64,000 bases of DNA, taken from NCBI RefSeq assembly GCF_009914755.1, contig NC_060930.1, one strand, 5' to 3'. The position numbers and the translations under genes were made by a program. The stretch comes from the human T2T-CHM13v2.0 reference genome, Homo sapiens. Below are positions 25,760 to 41,338 of this stretch, one piece after another. Position 1 is the stretch's first letter. Every line of letters begins with the position of its first letter. Under the pieces are notes generated by a model. It was not told the origin of the DNA, made no database searches, and saw nothing but the letters and a program-made list of their open reading frames with translations.

Positions 25760-26055
25760 TGCCGGGTGTAGTGGCTCATGCTTGTAATCCTAGCACGTTG
25801 GGAGGCTGAGGTGGGCGGATCACTTGAGGTCAGGAGTTCGAGACCAGCCTGGCTAACATAGTGAAACCCCGTCTCTACTAACAATACAAAAATTAGCCAG
25901 GCATGGTGGCACGTGCCTGTAATCCATCTACTCGGGAGGCTGAGGCAGGAGAATTGCTTGAATCCGGGAGGCAGTGAGCCCAGATCGTGCCATTGCACTC
26001 CAGTCTGGGGGGCAAGAGCAAAACTAGAAACTACTTCTCAAAAAAAAAAAAAAAA
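25760..26055 (+). mobile_element. AluS with small right-arm deletions
   Basis: Alu body with GGGAGGCAGTGAGCC (GGAGGTTGC missing); poly-A tail. Confidence 0.93.
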
Positions 26056-26657
26056 GCCTCATAAACCACTTTCAGACATTTGCAATGAAAGGTCATTTCT
26101 AAAGTCTAGAAAAGACCTGTGGGAATGGGGCACCTGGCTGAAAGCTTGTGATAAATGGCCATAGATCTGGGAAGCTTTGAGTGCACAGTGGCTTTTGAGA
26201 GCAGGCCTAGATATTATGGCACAAGGTGTGGTCCTTAACAGCTGGGAAGTGGTGTGAGGAATCGGGGAGCTAAGGGGAGAGAGAAGGGCCAAACAAGAAT
26301 GAATAAGGAGAGCCCTTCTGAAAGAAAAAAAGGAAACTAAGGCTACATTGAACTTTATGCAATTCTGCCCATGGGTCATTGGCCCAAACACCTGAACTCT
26401 TGCGCCAGAAGGAACTCACCTCTCCGTCCTCCAATGTGATTCTCCCCCAAACCTACACCAACACATTCCTCATTTTTCTATCCCAATCTCACTTACTCCA
26501 CAAAGCCTTCTTTAACTAATTCTATTTTCACCTACATGCTCTCCACAGTTAATTGCTCAGTTGGTTTTCTATTCATTTCCACTCATTTTTAAAGGAAATT
26601 CTATCACACTAAAGCAGCTTCTTACAGGACTAAACTTCTTTGTGTTGACTTTCCTTC

Positions 26658-26963
26658 TTTTTTTTTTTTTTTTTTTTTTTGAGACGGAGTCTCCCTCTGC
26701 CACCCAGGCTACAGTGCAGTGGTACGATCTCAGCTCACTGCAACCTCCGCCTCTCAGGTTCAAGTGATTCCCCCTGCGTCAGCCTCCTGAGTAGCTGGGA
26801 TTACAGGCGCCCACCACCACTCCAGGTAATTTTTTTATTTTTTAGTACAGACAGGGTTTCGCCATGTTGGTCAGGCTGGTCTTGAACTCCTGAACTCAGG
26901 TGATCCGCCCTCCTTGGCCCCCCAAAGTGCTGGGATTACAGGCGTGAGCCACCACACCTGGCC
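26658..26963 (-). mobile_element. AluS (Sx-like)
   Basis: Poly-T then antisense Alu; TSD ACTTTCCTTCT. Confidence 0.94.
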
Positions 26964-26989
26964 AACTTTCCTTCTCATAGTTAAAATAT

Positions 26990-27082
26990 CCTTCTGATTT
27001 GATTATTACACATTGTTTACAGGTATCAAAATATCACTTGTACCCTTAAAGTGTGTACAACTATTATGTCAATAAAAATTCT
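26990..27082 (+). mobile_element. L1MA extreme 3' terminus fragment
   Basis: ATTATTACACATTGT...ATCAAAATATCAC...TGTACAACTATTATGTCAATAAAAA. Confidence 0.65.
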
Positions 27083-27164
27083 TCTACAAAAATCTTCTTT
27101 TTGGGGTTAATTTCATGATACAAAAACCTAACACCCTGTCTGATGGTGATAATCTAAGATAGGT

Positions 27165-27395
27165 ATTATGAGAAAAGAAGGAAAGCATTGCCTGATAAGT
27201 GTCTACTGTGTGTCAAACACTGTGCTAAGCATTTTAAATACCTTATCTCATTTAATTCACTTAATAATTTTGTAAAGCAGATAGTGGTATCCAAGTTTTT
27301 AAAGACATGGAAACTGAAATCAGAGAAAGAGTATAAATTGTGCAAGATCATACAATTGATAAGTGGCAGACTGGGCTGAGTTTTAACCCTAGAAG
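27165..27395 (-). mobile_element. MIR SINE
   Basis: CACTGTGCTAAGCATTTTA...ATCTCATTTAATTC...GAAACTGA. Confidence 0.75.
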
Positions 27396-27489
27396 AATAA
27401 CCCAAAGGTAAAAGATTTGCATCAAATATCTCTGCCTTCTCATGATGTTACATTATGGATCTATCATTTACTGACCTAACTAAATATAA

Positions 27490-28670
<1,181 letters not shown>

Positions 28671-29529
28671 TTTATATATTTAGCCTGCATATTTTTTTTC
28701 AGAAATTAAAGTCTAAAATGTTCTCATCAGTCATATTAGGTAGAAATTATTTTATTTATCTTAAATGTATATCTTCCCAGCTTCCTCCGTTGTCCCATAG
28801 TTCTGGGATTGTGAGATTTGCTCCAGGGCTGCCACACTGCAGAACTCCAGGGGGTGCTGATCACAATGTCAATGATGCATGGTGCCCCCTGCTGTTGTGC
28901 AACATGGAAAGACAGGCCAACTCTGTTTCGCATGATTTTATACAATTTCACCAGATACCCTCCTTTCAACTTTCATTGTTTCAGATTAAGAAGAGTCCCA
29001 CTTTTTCTTTACCACAACACTATCAGACATAAGCTCTATTCATAGAGACATACATTCTCAATCCTGAAAATTCAGATTTCAGCCTTTATTTGCCACATAG
29101 ATCAACTTTAGTCTTGCTACTGGGACCCTGATGTGTGGGTGTCTTCTTCTAGAATGTTGCTTAAACAAAGTTGCAGTTAGCAGGTCTTTATCCATCAGTT
29201 ATTGAAGGAGCTGTTGCTGGTGACTGGAGTGGAGTAGAGGGTGGTGGAGGGAGGAATGGTGAGGAGGGGTCAGCTATCAACAGATGGCAGTCTGTAAGAC
29301 TGGCTTTTACGTTGTAATAGGCAGTGTGTGCAAATGGAAGTTGATATGTTATTGCTTGAATTATTCTTCTCTGTTCTCCAAGTTTGCTATATTTTTCTTG
29401 AACTGTGCAGAACTATACACAGGACACATAGAAATACCTAATGGTTTTGAGGACATTTCTACTTTCTCCTCAACCATCTTCTTTATGTGCTCCAAAATGT
29501 ATGCATAGGAAGCTGTCTGATCTGTGGGA

Positions 29530-29666
29530 TTTTTTTGTTTGTTTGTTTGTTTTGTTTTTCATTTTTTGTTTTTGAGACAGGGTCTAGCTCTGTTGCTCCG
29601 GCAGCCGGATCACAGCTCACTGCAGCCTTAAACTCCTGCGCTCAAGCAATCCTCTCACCTCAGCCT
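29530..29666 (-). mobile_element. Truncated AluJ/FRAM-like monomer
   Basis: (TTTG)n tail, GAGACAGGGTCT...CACTGCAGCCTTAAACTCCTGCGCTCAAGCAATCCTC. Confidence 0.8.
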
Positions 29667-30435
29667 TGATCTGCTGTTTTGAAGGAATAATCTACAGTTA
29701 CCCTCAGATCCATCTCTTGTGCCAAGGCCTATCTTAGGTGCCATCACCCCCAAGAGGCCTCTTGAGACCTCTCTTTCAGCTTAGGGCCCCCTTGGGGTGT
29801 TGGGGCCCCCTTGAGCTCCCTGACACACTGTCATAGCATGTGCTTTCCTGCTGATCTTCCCCGCTGGACTGTGAGATCTGGGGGGCAGGGACCTCAGTAC
29901 CTTGTACGATGACTGGAACACACTGGGTAGTTTTACATATAAATGAAGAGCCAATGGTTCATAGTCCATCAAGATTTACCCACAGTGAAATTCATCCACT
30001 ACATTGTCCCCATATGCTCAGCTGATAAAAACAACCTTACAGTTTCTAGGCATTTACTACTCATAAGAACTCAATATTATGTGGCTATGTGGTAATTTTC
30101 CTGTCCATTTTCTCTTACAGGTAATTTTAAACCATGTTATATAATTATAAACCAAGCAGAAGTCTGGGGGCTTCTACAACCAATAATTCATACGGTGATG
30201 TATCAGCTTAACTTAATCTTTTGTTTGCTGCTCTGAATAATGATTATTAGTAAATAATTCCATAGTAAAATCATTCTTATTTTAGAAGACATCTGTTCCC
30301 CTTTAATAGGTCAGCCCTCCCCAAAGAGGAAAGGATTGGCTATAAGAGCCCTCTGCTATCTTCCCTTCCCATCAGCCTTCACCCTTCAAATGAGAAGTAG
30401 GCAATTCGATTTAAAGTAAAAAAGAAAGGTTCCTG

Positions 30436-30567
30436 TTTAAAAGTATGTGTGTGATTAAAAAATATATATAGATGCATATCTATTTTATTTTTTAATATAA
30501 AGAATTAAAAAATTTAAAAGTGTGTGTGTGATTAAAAAATACACATATGCATATATTTTATATTTTA
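30436..30567. repeat. 77-bp-period degenerate tandem duplication
   Basis: TTTAAAAGT(A/G)TGTGTGTGATTAAAAAATA...ATGCATAT at 30436 and 30513. Confidence 0.8.
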
Positions 30568-31430
30568 GAGTGGTTTAAATTTAACAACAAACTTGAGTAG
30601 ACAGTATAGAGATTTCCTATATACTCTCTGCCCCCACATGCCCAGCCTCCACCACTATCAATATACCACCAAAATGGTACATATATGAATCTACATTGAC
30701 ACATGCTTATCAGCCAAATGCCATAGTTTACATTAGGGTTTGCTCTTGGTGCTGTACATTCTGTGGGTTCAGACAAATGTATAATGACAAGTACCCACCA
30801 TTTATATGGTTTGGATATTCTGTTCCCTCCAAATCTCACGATGAAATGTGGCCACCAGTGTTGGAGGTGGGCCTAGTGGGAGGTGTTTCAATCATGGGAG
30901 TGGATCCCTCATGAATTGCTTGGTGCTGTCCTCATGGTAATGAGTGAGTTCTCATTCTATGAGTTCGTGCAAGATCTGGTTATTTAAAACAGCTTTCCTG
31001 CCCCTGCGCTTGCCATGTGATATGCTGGCTCCACTCACCTTCTGCCATGATTGGAAGCTTCCTGAGGCTCCCCCAGGAGCAAATGCCAGCATCATGTGTC
31101 CTGTACAGCCTGCAGAACCGGGAGCCAAAATATTCCTCTTTTCTTTATAAATTACCCAGTCTCAGATATTCCATTATAGCAATGCAAACTGACTAATACA
31201 GATGGTGCTCTACATCTGTGGGTCTAGACAAATGTATAATGACATGTATCCACCATTATGGTATCGTACAGAGTCTCTTCACTGCCCGAAAAGTCCTTTG
31301 TGCTCTGCTCATTCATCCCTTCCTCCTCACTAATCCCTGGCAACTGCTGATCGTTTTACTATAGAGAAAAACGAAAAATTCATTTTTCTTAGTGCTGAAT
31401 TCATTGTCTGGATATACCACAAAAGAAAAC
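30555..31430 (-). mobile_element. L1MC/MD 3' end hosting an MST LTR
   Basis: CCATAGTTTACATTAGGGTT...GGTGCTGTACATTCTGTGGGT...GACAAATGTATAATGACA. Confidence 0.75.
30801..31200. mobile_element. MSTB-like ERVL-MaLR solo LTR
   Basis: ATATGGTTTGGAT...CCAAATCTCA...GGATCCCTCATGAAT...TTTATAAATTACCCAGTCTCAG...GACTAATACA. Confidence 0.88.
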
Positions 31431-32809
31431 TTTCTGATAAAGCATGACACACTTATAGTGAAGTACACAAACCATTAGAGCACAACTGGATACATTTTCA
31501 TAAAATGGACACTCCTGTGTAGCCAGCACCCATATCTAGAAGCAAATCATTTCAGTACCACAGAAGTCCCCTGCTGCCCTGTTCTAGTCAATGCTCCCAA
31601 AGGTTAACCAGTGCCCTGTCCTCTAACATCATAGATTAGTTTTCCCTGCATAAAGACAGTTCAGAAGTGGACTTTGGAAACATTTCTTTTCATGAGAAAC
31701 CTAGAAGACAACCAGCAATTTCCTCCTGGAATCTGACGTAAGTCTAAATTAAAGAGAAAACCTGGGAGATAGAATAGTATTTCTTCTTTATTTTCAGAAA
31801 GGACATTTACTAGTTCCCTCCTAGAGGTGAAGGATGCATTTAAAGTGCTTGTTTCCTCTCTATATGGTCAAGCTTGCACAATACCAAAATGGTCTGTCCA
31901 CAAGTGGCAAGTCTAAGCATATCATTTATTTGACATTGCCTCGGCCAGAGAGTAGTTGTTTCTTTGAATGCAACATTTTAAATAAAACACAGTCAGATGG
32001 AATGTGGATTGTGTAGCTATTCTGTGAATTAGTTTGCTCTCAGGATTCAAGACATATTTAACCTGTGTTAACAGCAGACCTACCTGGGAACATTGCAGAT
32101 CTCTATCCTCAAACCCATACTACTTGGGGGCTGCAATATTAGCCAAGGCAAAAAAAAAGGGGGGGAAGGTTTTAACAGTGGACCATAAAATGTTGAAATA
32201 CACACTCACACACACACACATGCATGCATATTCACAAACAAAACACATATATAGACAAAAATAACCCATAAACTTTCAAGATAGAATGGGAAAAAAGCAA
32301 CAGATACTTCTTTTTCTTTATTATCATAGAGAGTTATTATTCATGCAACAGAAGAAAAACCAGATAGCCTCTCCTATCGCAAGCATGAGAACTTCCGCAG
32401 CTCAAAATGATCAGCTAGAAAACCCTCACGTATCACGGGTCCCTGGACAATCACTGTTATAAGAGGGTGGGCTGCATTTTTAAAGAGTCACGTGATATTT
32501 TGAAGGATGTAAGGTGACTTACCATGAAGGGTCAGCTGACATTCTCTGCATAAAATTCAGGTTGAGGTTTGATTTATTGGAGAGTCAACACACTTGTCTT
32601 TTGGCTGTTGTCAGCAAGCACAGACAGAGGCCACCAAGAGTCCCCCAGGAAGCCCTGAGCATCTATATCATTAGCCCAGGAAGGAGTAAGCACAGCCCAA
32701 CCTCTCCTTAAGAAGCAGCAAAGAGCAGGAATTAAATGGGAGAAGATCAAATACTTAACACACCCTATTATATAACACAGCTCCCTAAAATAGGAAATGA
32801 AAACATTTA

Positions 32810-33020
32810 GCGAATAATAACAGCTATGACAGCAGCTTTTATTAAGTAGTTATTATATGACAGTTATTATATTAAGTGTTTATAAACATCCTGTAATTTA
32901 ATCCCTACAACAATTCTACGAGCTAGGTGTTATTTATTACTATCATTATCTTTTTATAGGTAAAGGAAAGGAACTTGCCCAAGATCGCACACCTTGGAAG
33001 TTGCAGTGCCTGCTTTGTCT
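32810..33020 (-). mobile_element. MIR SINE
   Basis: ATTTAATCCCTACAACAATTCTACGAG...AACTTGCCCAAGATCGCAC. Confidence 0.65.
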
Positions 33021-33719
33021 GTCCTCTTAGATACTATGCAAGTCACAGGCCAATAAATGCATTATGTTATTATGGCAGTGGGAATGCTGGATGATTGAAA
33101 GACTTGTTCAAGACAAAGAAGACACCCATGGCAGAGCTAAAATAAGAATAATTTGCTCTTTAATAGTAAAGTAATTCTTTGTCTTAACCATCTGATCCTA
33201 ATGAAAAATGACTGATGATTTAATGCAGACTAAAAACCAAAACTTGAATTGATTCGTTGACATGGACAAAACTAGAATTGCCTGCAAATATTCCCACAGC
33301 AGTGATAAGAGCCACCCTTACGAAAGAAATGAAATATGCATGAAGGCTGCAGGTGGCAACCCCGCTCTCCCCACAGAGTATACCTTTCCTCCGTGGGCCT
33401 TGCTTACTCCACTTCCCTTCCCCCTGAGACCCAGAGGTCTCACATTCTTTTCCCTTCCTTCCCATTAACCCTTGGACTTGAAGAAATAAAACAATTCATC
33501 ATAGAAAACATAAAGTAGCGATTATTATCCCAAGTACAACCAAGAGGATACTATTCATTGCAAACTGAGGATTCAAAATTGCTTTGAACTTGGTTAATCT
33601 TTTGGTGTTTGTCTGATAATAAAACAAATCTAAGAAGACTTTTTTTGCATAATTTTGTTCATGTGTTTTCAAAATATGTTAATGCACCCAACACTCATAT
33701 TTGAATTTCTAAGTACTCA

Positions 33720-34860
33720 CACCAGTCTCCAATAAAAGGAACCAGGGCTCCTTGGTGAAACAGCTGATTCTAGAGCTGGGTCAAGGAAAATACAAGATGA
33801 GCTTAGAGCATGATCTAGTGCCAAAAATAAGGAAGTGCTACCAAAAAAATGGTGGAGTATGTCATAGAAGCCAACCGGAAAGAGCTCCTAATTGCCAAAG
33901 CTGGAACAATTTGAGTAACAAAAGAAATAATATTGTATTGGATTACAATCCAAAGCATAAAATAAATATACATAATGTCATATTGATATAAATAATGATC
34001 TAATAAATAAATAAATAGGGGAAAAGAGACAAATCATCTCTATAGAAATTGCCAAATAATATATGCTGATACACCCCCTTCTAAAAGTAGTAGGCTAGTT
34101 TTAGTAACTTGCTTTCAAAGAATAGATATTGGGAAATGGGAAGATAGTAACTTTTCAATACAGAAACCTGGCAAATACTACCTTACCCAATTGATCAAGT
34201 TTAACTTCACCAGTGATAAGACATGTTGATATCATGTACTTCCTGATCTTAAAAGCCACTTCACTCTGTGATATTCTTTCCTTTTTTTTTTTTTTTTTTT
34301 TTTTTTTGTGAGATGGAGTCTTTTGTGACCTGTGACCTCTGCTTCCCAGGTTCAAGCAATTCTCCTGCCTCGGCCTCCCGAGTAGCTGGGACTACAGGCA
34401 CACGCCACCATGCCCAGGTAATTTTTGTATTTTTAGTAGAGACGGGGTTTCACCATTTTGGCCAGGATGGTCTCAATCTTTTGACTTCGTGATCTGCCCA
34501 CCTTGGCCTCCCAAAGTGCTGGGATTACAGGAATGAGCCACCGCGCCCAGCCTGTGATATTCTTTCCAAAAACTCACAGATCTGATTGAATCATGAGAAA
34601 AACATCGAACAAACCCAAATTGGTGCACATTCTACAAATATACATGACAAGTCAATATCGTGAAAACAAAGGATGGCTAAGAAACTCACAGGCCAGAGAA
34701 AACATGATGCCTAACTGCAACGTGGCATCCCAAAACTGGTGAAATCCAAATAAAGCTGAGAGTTTAACTCATGGCAATGGAACAACTTAGTTTTGACAAG
34801 TGTACTATGGTTATATAAGAAGTTAAAATTAGGAGAAATTGAAACTAGATGATATTAATA
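33720..34860 (+). mobile_element. L1MC-type 3' UTR fragment, interrupted by an Alu
   Basis: AATAAAAGGAACCAGGGCTCCTTGG...AGAAACCTGGCAAATACTACCTT...TTAGTTTTGACAAGTGTACTATGGTTATATAAGA. Confidence 0.75.
34282..34552 (-). mobile_element. AluSc-like with internal deletion
   Basis: Perfect 15-bp TSD TGTGATATTCTTTCC; GGCCAGGATGGTCTC; about 40 bp of right arm missing. Confidence 0.92.
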
Positions 34861-36639
34861 ATTTAGTGAAAACTAAATGGACAAAACAATTAACATAGAT
34901 AGGATAAATAAAACAGATGAGAAACATGAGGGGTGCCAGTTTGGTTCAAACCAAGGACTTGTTCCAGGTATTAACGATGTGTCCCAGAAGCAAAATCTGT
35001 TCTGTTTTGAATACATAGGGAAACCTTGGTCACTTGGGATAGTCATGAAATTTTAAGAGGAACACTTAACAAATGTGTTAAAATTGTTAATCAGTTAAGG
35101 GCAACGTACAGACCTCTAGAATTTTTTTCTCAGTTAGGCAAGGAGATGAGCAAGGTCTGAGAAAACATATTGTCTCATATTGATGCTCATTGACAAAGAA
35201 AATTTCCCACTCACCTTACTGAGTCAGTGAAAACTTCAAGTGTTTTTGAATGAAAGCTTCAATCTGTGGCTTGTATGCATGACTGAAAATGACTTTGCAA
35301 ATTAGCATCTTTTGCCTATTCTTACAAGGCAGTCTCACTTCAGTACTCCACCTGTAAGTCAAAGCAAACATGGAAATTCTAACCTGGAGCTGTAGGGTAT
35401 ACACCCCCAGGGAGGTGAGTTGGATTCTTTCCATGGTCTGAACCAGCTGGTTATGTACTCATCTGTCAGATTTGCTGAAAATGTGTTCAACCTTGTTAAG
35501 AAACCCTTGAAAGACCTGAGGAAAGACCTTCATAAGTATTTTCCTAGTCCAATGAGAGAAAGATAAACAACACGTTCCCCAGCAGTTCACAGTCATGACC
35601 AAGTAATTTGATACCTTCCATACAAAAATAGACACTGAAGATCACTTTGAATAGCTTCTTGAAACAAAAGTCTCCTGGAAATATTTGACCAGTGTATAAA
35701 ACATTCAAAATTTATGGCTGCCAACATTTTTGTGTACCATTCTAACATTTTAAATTTCCTACATAGGTAAAATCTATGAAGAATTCATATTGCTAGAATG
35801 CCTTGCAACTAGGGTGTACCTGATTGACTTGGCTTCAGCCAACTATAACACCCATGAGAGGCTTGATTCAGAAGTAACCATCATGAAGAAGTGGCTGGGC
35901 AGGCGTATGGACCTTCTGTCAAGCACGAGGGCAAAAAATGTTGTTCTTTCTGGAACAATAGTGTTCAGTGCTAACAGTCATGGTTGCCCATCAGCAGTGC
36001 TCATGTTTCTCAAGGGATACCTTAGTGTAATTGGGCATTACAACTGTGCAGCCTCAAAATCTGGCTTTCTTATCCTAATGAACTTTGTGAGTTACTCAAA
36101 ACCCTCAAATAGATTTCTTGGCTGCTTGAGGTAGCCGCATTGAATTCTGTTGTTTGCAACTAAGAACCCCCATCCACACAATTAGTAGTAATTAAACATT
36201 TTTCTTCTTTCTAATTATATACATGGGAGTTGAAATGTGCTTAACATAAAAGTAAAGCCTAGAGTTATCTTACTCACTAAGAATCTCATTTTCACCTTCA
36301 ACTAGTCATATGAAATCAAATATCCTTTATTGCTGCCAAAGAGAAACAAGTTTACTCGATGATTAACTTAATTTTGGTACATATTTTTGCAGATCAATTT
36401 GATTATAACTTACATTTCATTTATATTCATGTTTGAAATTAATTGTTCAATGAACAACATTATTTTGTTTTCATGGAATTTATTTTGATGAACAGTGAAT
36501 CATCATAGGAAAAATAATGAGTATAATAGCATATGCGGTATATGACATGGACAAAAATTGGGAAGGTAACACACAAAGGACAAAAGTAGAGAAAAGAGTT
36601 CATAAATATTCCTAAATGAATCAGAGAAAAGTTTACAAA

Positions 36640-36960
36640 GATGAGAGCACGAGGCAACTATTGAGTCAAGGGTTTGCAGGATAGGCAAGGAAGAACGAGA
36701 GAATTCCAGGCAGAGACCAGAAGTGAGGAAACAAGAGGACTGGAATGGCATGGTGTGCTGAGGAAAACTCTGACAGTGCAAAATGACTGGAGAGTGAGGT
36801 ATTAGACAGAAGTAAAGTCTGTTGAATAAGCGTAAAGATGCAGGCATGGGTCCTGAACATAAAGAGCCTCATATATCTTGCGTAAGATTTTAGAGTTTAT
36901 GGAGGATTGGGAGCAACTGAAGAATTTTAAGTGCTGGAACACATCATTAGATTCACTTTT
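36640..36960. mobile_element. L2 fragment
   Basis: AATTCCAGGCAGAG...GCATGGTGTGCTGAGGAA...GGGAGCAACTGAAGAATTTTAAG. Confidence 0.55.
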
Positions 36961-38096
36961 TAAAAACACAACATTTAAAAAGAGACCCTTTCCAGGAATA
37001 TTTGAATTTTACTAGAGACCAAGCCCTGTATAAAAAAGATAGTGCTCTGATGGTAGAATCTCAGGCATCATTCAGAAATGAGAAGACTACTCCCAGATGG
37101 TAACATTGTACCTTGCATTAGGTTTACCTGTAAGACTGGCTTTGTTGGAAATGAAAACTAGATGTTAGCTTAATGTGATCCTGAAGTGGCTTGAAACAAT
37201 AGATACAATCTCCAGAAAAGTAGACCACATCAGGAGAACAGTGGCCAAGCTGCCAATATTGAAAATGCTACCTGCCTGTGGAAATGAGTGGTAAGTCTAT
37301 AGCAGGGGCCGTGGGTTACTTGGTTCTCTCTCTCAGTTCCTTCACAGTTCCCTAGTGTGATCTGAGGACAACCCATGTCTCACAAGGAGATTTCTCAAAA
37401 TGTAAAGCAAAGCCCCCTCTTCTTTTTCACATCTCAAAGTCAATGCCATATCTTGGTTCTAAATATTAACTTGGAGGTAATCATGTTTTCTAAGTGATGT
37501 AGTCTTTCAAGATTGAAAAGCAAACTATCCATTTCATCTCCAGTTTTATTCAAATCTTTATGATTCTTCATTAAATACAGTTGGTATCACAATACTTTCA
37601 CTTTTGTGTGGGCAAGGACCTGAGTATGGCCAGAAGAAGCCAGGCTGTGTGGCAATCTTAGCAGGAGACTGAGATCCCGCTGGAGCGCTTCTGCATCCTA
37701 TCTGTGCCAGTGATGCTTCTTCCTGGGGGCCTTGTGGCCGTGGTTTCTGAGGTCTACTTTTGCTTTCTATGGTCACTCTGGACGATATTTGCAGGATTTC
37801 TTCAACATAACACTTTTCTTGCTCCAGCTGTTTTAATCCCAAACTGAATGGAGCTGCTAGGTTTATCAAGACATTTTGGGCTGTTTGAGAAAGATAAATA
37901 GGCAATTCTGTCTGTCTGTCTGACTGTATTTGTGTTTCTCTGAGTCTCTCCTGTGTCTTCAACCACCGGCTGAACAGTGAAATATTCCATTAATCGATTG
38001 TTTTATCGATATGGTGCCAAGCAGCCAATGAGACAAAATCTTTTCCACAAAATCAACACTCTGTATCTGTTTATATACAGATACAGAGGTAGATAT

Positions 38097-38250
38097 ACAC
38101 AGTCCCTGACTTAGGATAGTTCAACTTATGATTTTTTAACTTTACAGTCGTTTTATTGGGATAGTAAATGCATTTTTTAACTTACGATATGTTTGACTTA
38201 TGATAGGTCTATTGGGATGTAAACCCATTGTAAGCTGGGGAGCATCTGTA
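38097..38250 (-). mobile_element. MER47/Tigger5-like MITE
   Basis: Terminal ...AAACCCATTGTAAGCTGGGGAGCATCTGTA; internal AACTTACGAT repeats. Confidence 0.7.
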
Positions 38251-39706
38251 GATGTCAATGTAGACATACATATGGATAAATAGAGACATATGGGAGGGAT
38301 TGAGTGAATTAATCAGCTTTAGCACTGCCGTGATCTCTTACTAACCCCAAAAGCGTCATATCTTTATGACCTAGGATTTCCACTCTGCCTTTGTCTAACA
38401 TAAACTCTTGAAAGAAATTCAAGTGACTGAGTAATTTGCTTTCCTACTCATTTATTCTTTCCCATTAAATTTAAAATTGTCATATTAAATGTCTATATCA
38501 ATCTGCATTTGGAAGCTTCAAAGCCAGGTGTTCCATCCTTTTTGTTTAGTTTCTGGGGGCCTAAACTATTTAACTAAGATCCTGAATGTTTACAAAGCAC
38601 CAAGGAGAAGAGCGCAACTAAGGGGAGAAGCCAGCTCCACACACAACTGCCACAAGATAACCATATATAGTTATGTCTCTTCTGTCATGTCTTTAGTTAA
38701 TTTTCACTAATCAGATATATATTATAGGCTTGGGTGCTATTTTGCTTAGCCGAGGACAGAATCACTGATCTTTGATCTACTCATCTAACTTTGGTTTAAT
38801 TTTATAGTTTTCAGGGTGGTGATATCCCCTCGGTCTTAATTATCCACAAACCTCAACAACCGGGGTCAGTCCTCTGGCCCAGCTCCGTTTCCCCATTGTC
38901 TATCTTGTGATTGGACTGTATTACGGTCCTATTTGATTATCTCTGCCAATGTTGTCCTTTATTGGAATAACTGAACTGACTACATGTCTTTACAGACACA
39001 GGAGTATATTAAAAGCCAACTGGACTAACAATAAATACAATGTAAAGTAACATAATTATAAGGCTTTAGGGGAAATCAGTGTAAGTTTTAACCCCAAATA
39101 ATAAAAATAACCCCATAATATCGTATTATGAATCTGCCAGAAATAAAAAAGATAAACTATTTTGCTTAATTTGAATTCAAATACATCATATAAAAATTAA
39201 ATATATTGAGTCATTGTTAATAATTATTTTAAAATTGAAAGAGACTGGTAAGACAATAAAAAGACAATCCACAGACTGAAAAACAAAAATTATTTAAAAA
39301 TTTTCCACTACTTTAATTCCCCTTAGAAATTAAATAATATAAATTACCATTATTTAAAAAAATTACGCTTGCCTATTTTTTTTGAAAGTAAACAACACTG
39401 AAAATTATAATAAAGAAATCAACAAAAGACCTCAAATTCAACCACCCAGAAATAGTTGACTAGTTCGTGCCGTTCCTTCCAGACACCTCTCTTGCATGTA
39501 ACACACAAATGGATACCTAATAAACAAAAGTAACTTTATAACAATTGAAGCATAATATACTTGTTACTCATTTATTACATTTTTCTACTTTAAGGAAGCT
39601 GTTTATCCTCTTGTTGAATCATCTTTGTTAGCCCTTCCTATCAAGAATTCTCTCTCTATTGCCTTCATTATTATTTTTTTTCTCCTCGATATTCAGTTAA
39701 TTCTGA

Positions 39707-40077
<371 letters not shown>

Positions 40078-40918
40078 GATAATTGTTTATTACATCAAGT
40101 AATGTAGGTGTTCTGTTTCTCAATATATTCCCTACGTATTCAAGTTCCCTTTTAATCTTTTGTAGTGTTGTTGCCATTTCATCTGCTTGGTCTTCTGTTT
40201 TGCTGAAGTGCTTAAACAGCACAAAACACTTTTCACAGAGAATTCTTCAATTCTTTTGGTTAAGTTTTTGTAAATTTGGGTTTTAAGTGTTATCTTGTGG
40301 CTTTAATTTGTATCTTCCCAATGACTAATGCTGTTGAGCATCACTTCCTGTGCTTATTTGCCATCCATGTATCTTCTCTGGTGAAGTGTCTGTTTAAATC
40401 TATTGCCCATTTTTTCAAATAGTTGTTTTCTTATCATTGAGTTTATTCTGGATACAAGTCCTTTACGAGATATTTGCTTTGCAAATATTTTCTCTCAGTC
40501 TGTGGATTGTCTTTTTATTCTCTTACCAGTCTCTTTCAAAGGCCAGAACTTTTTCATTGTGATGAAGTTCAATTTGTCAATTTGTTCTTTTATTGATTGT
40601 ATTTTGGTATCATATCTAAGAAAACTTTCTCAATCCCAGGTCACAAAGGTTTTCTCCTATTTTATGTTGTAGAACTTTTATAGTTTTATGTTTTACACTT
40701 AAGTCTATAATCCATTTTAGGTTAATCTGTGTATATGGTGAAAGTATGAAGTTTTTTGTTTTTATTTTGTTTTGCATGTGTTCTAGTACCAGTTTTTCCA
40801 ACACCATGTGTTGAAAAACTATCCTTTTTCCACTGAATTGCCTTTGTGCTTTTGTGAAAAATCAGCTGGTCATATGTATATATGTCTGTTTTGGTTTCAT
40901 TGATTTGTGCGCCTATAA

Positions 40919-41338
<420 letters not shown>

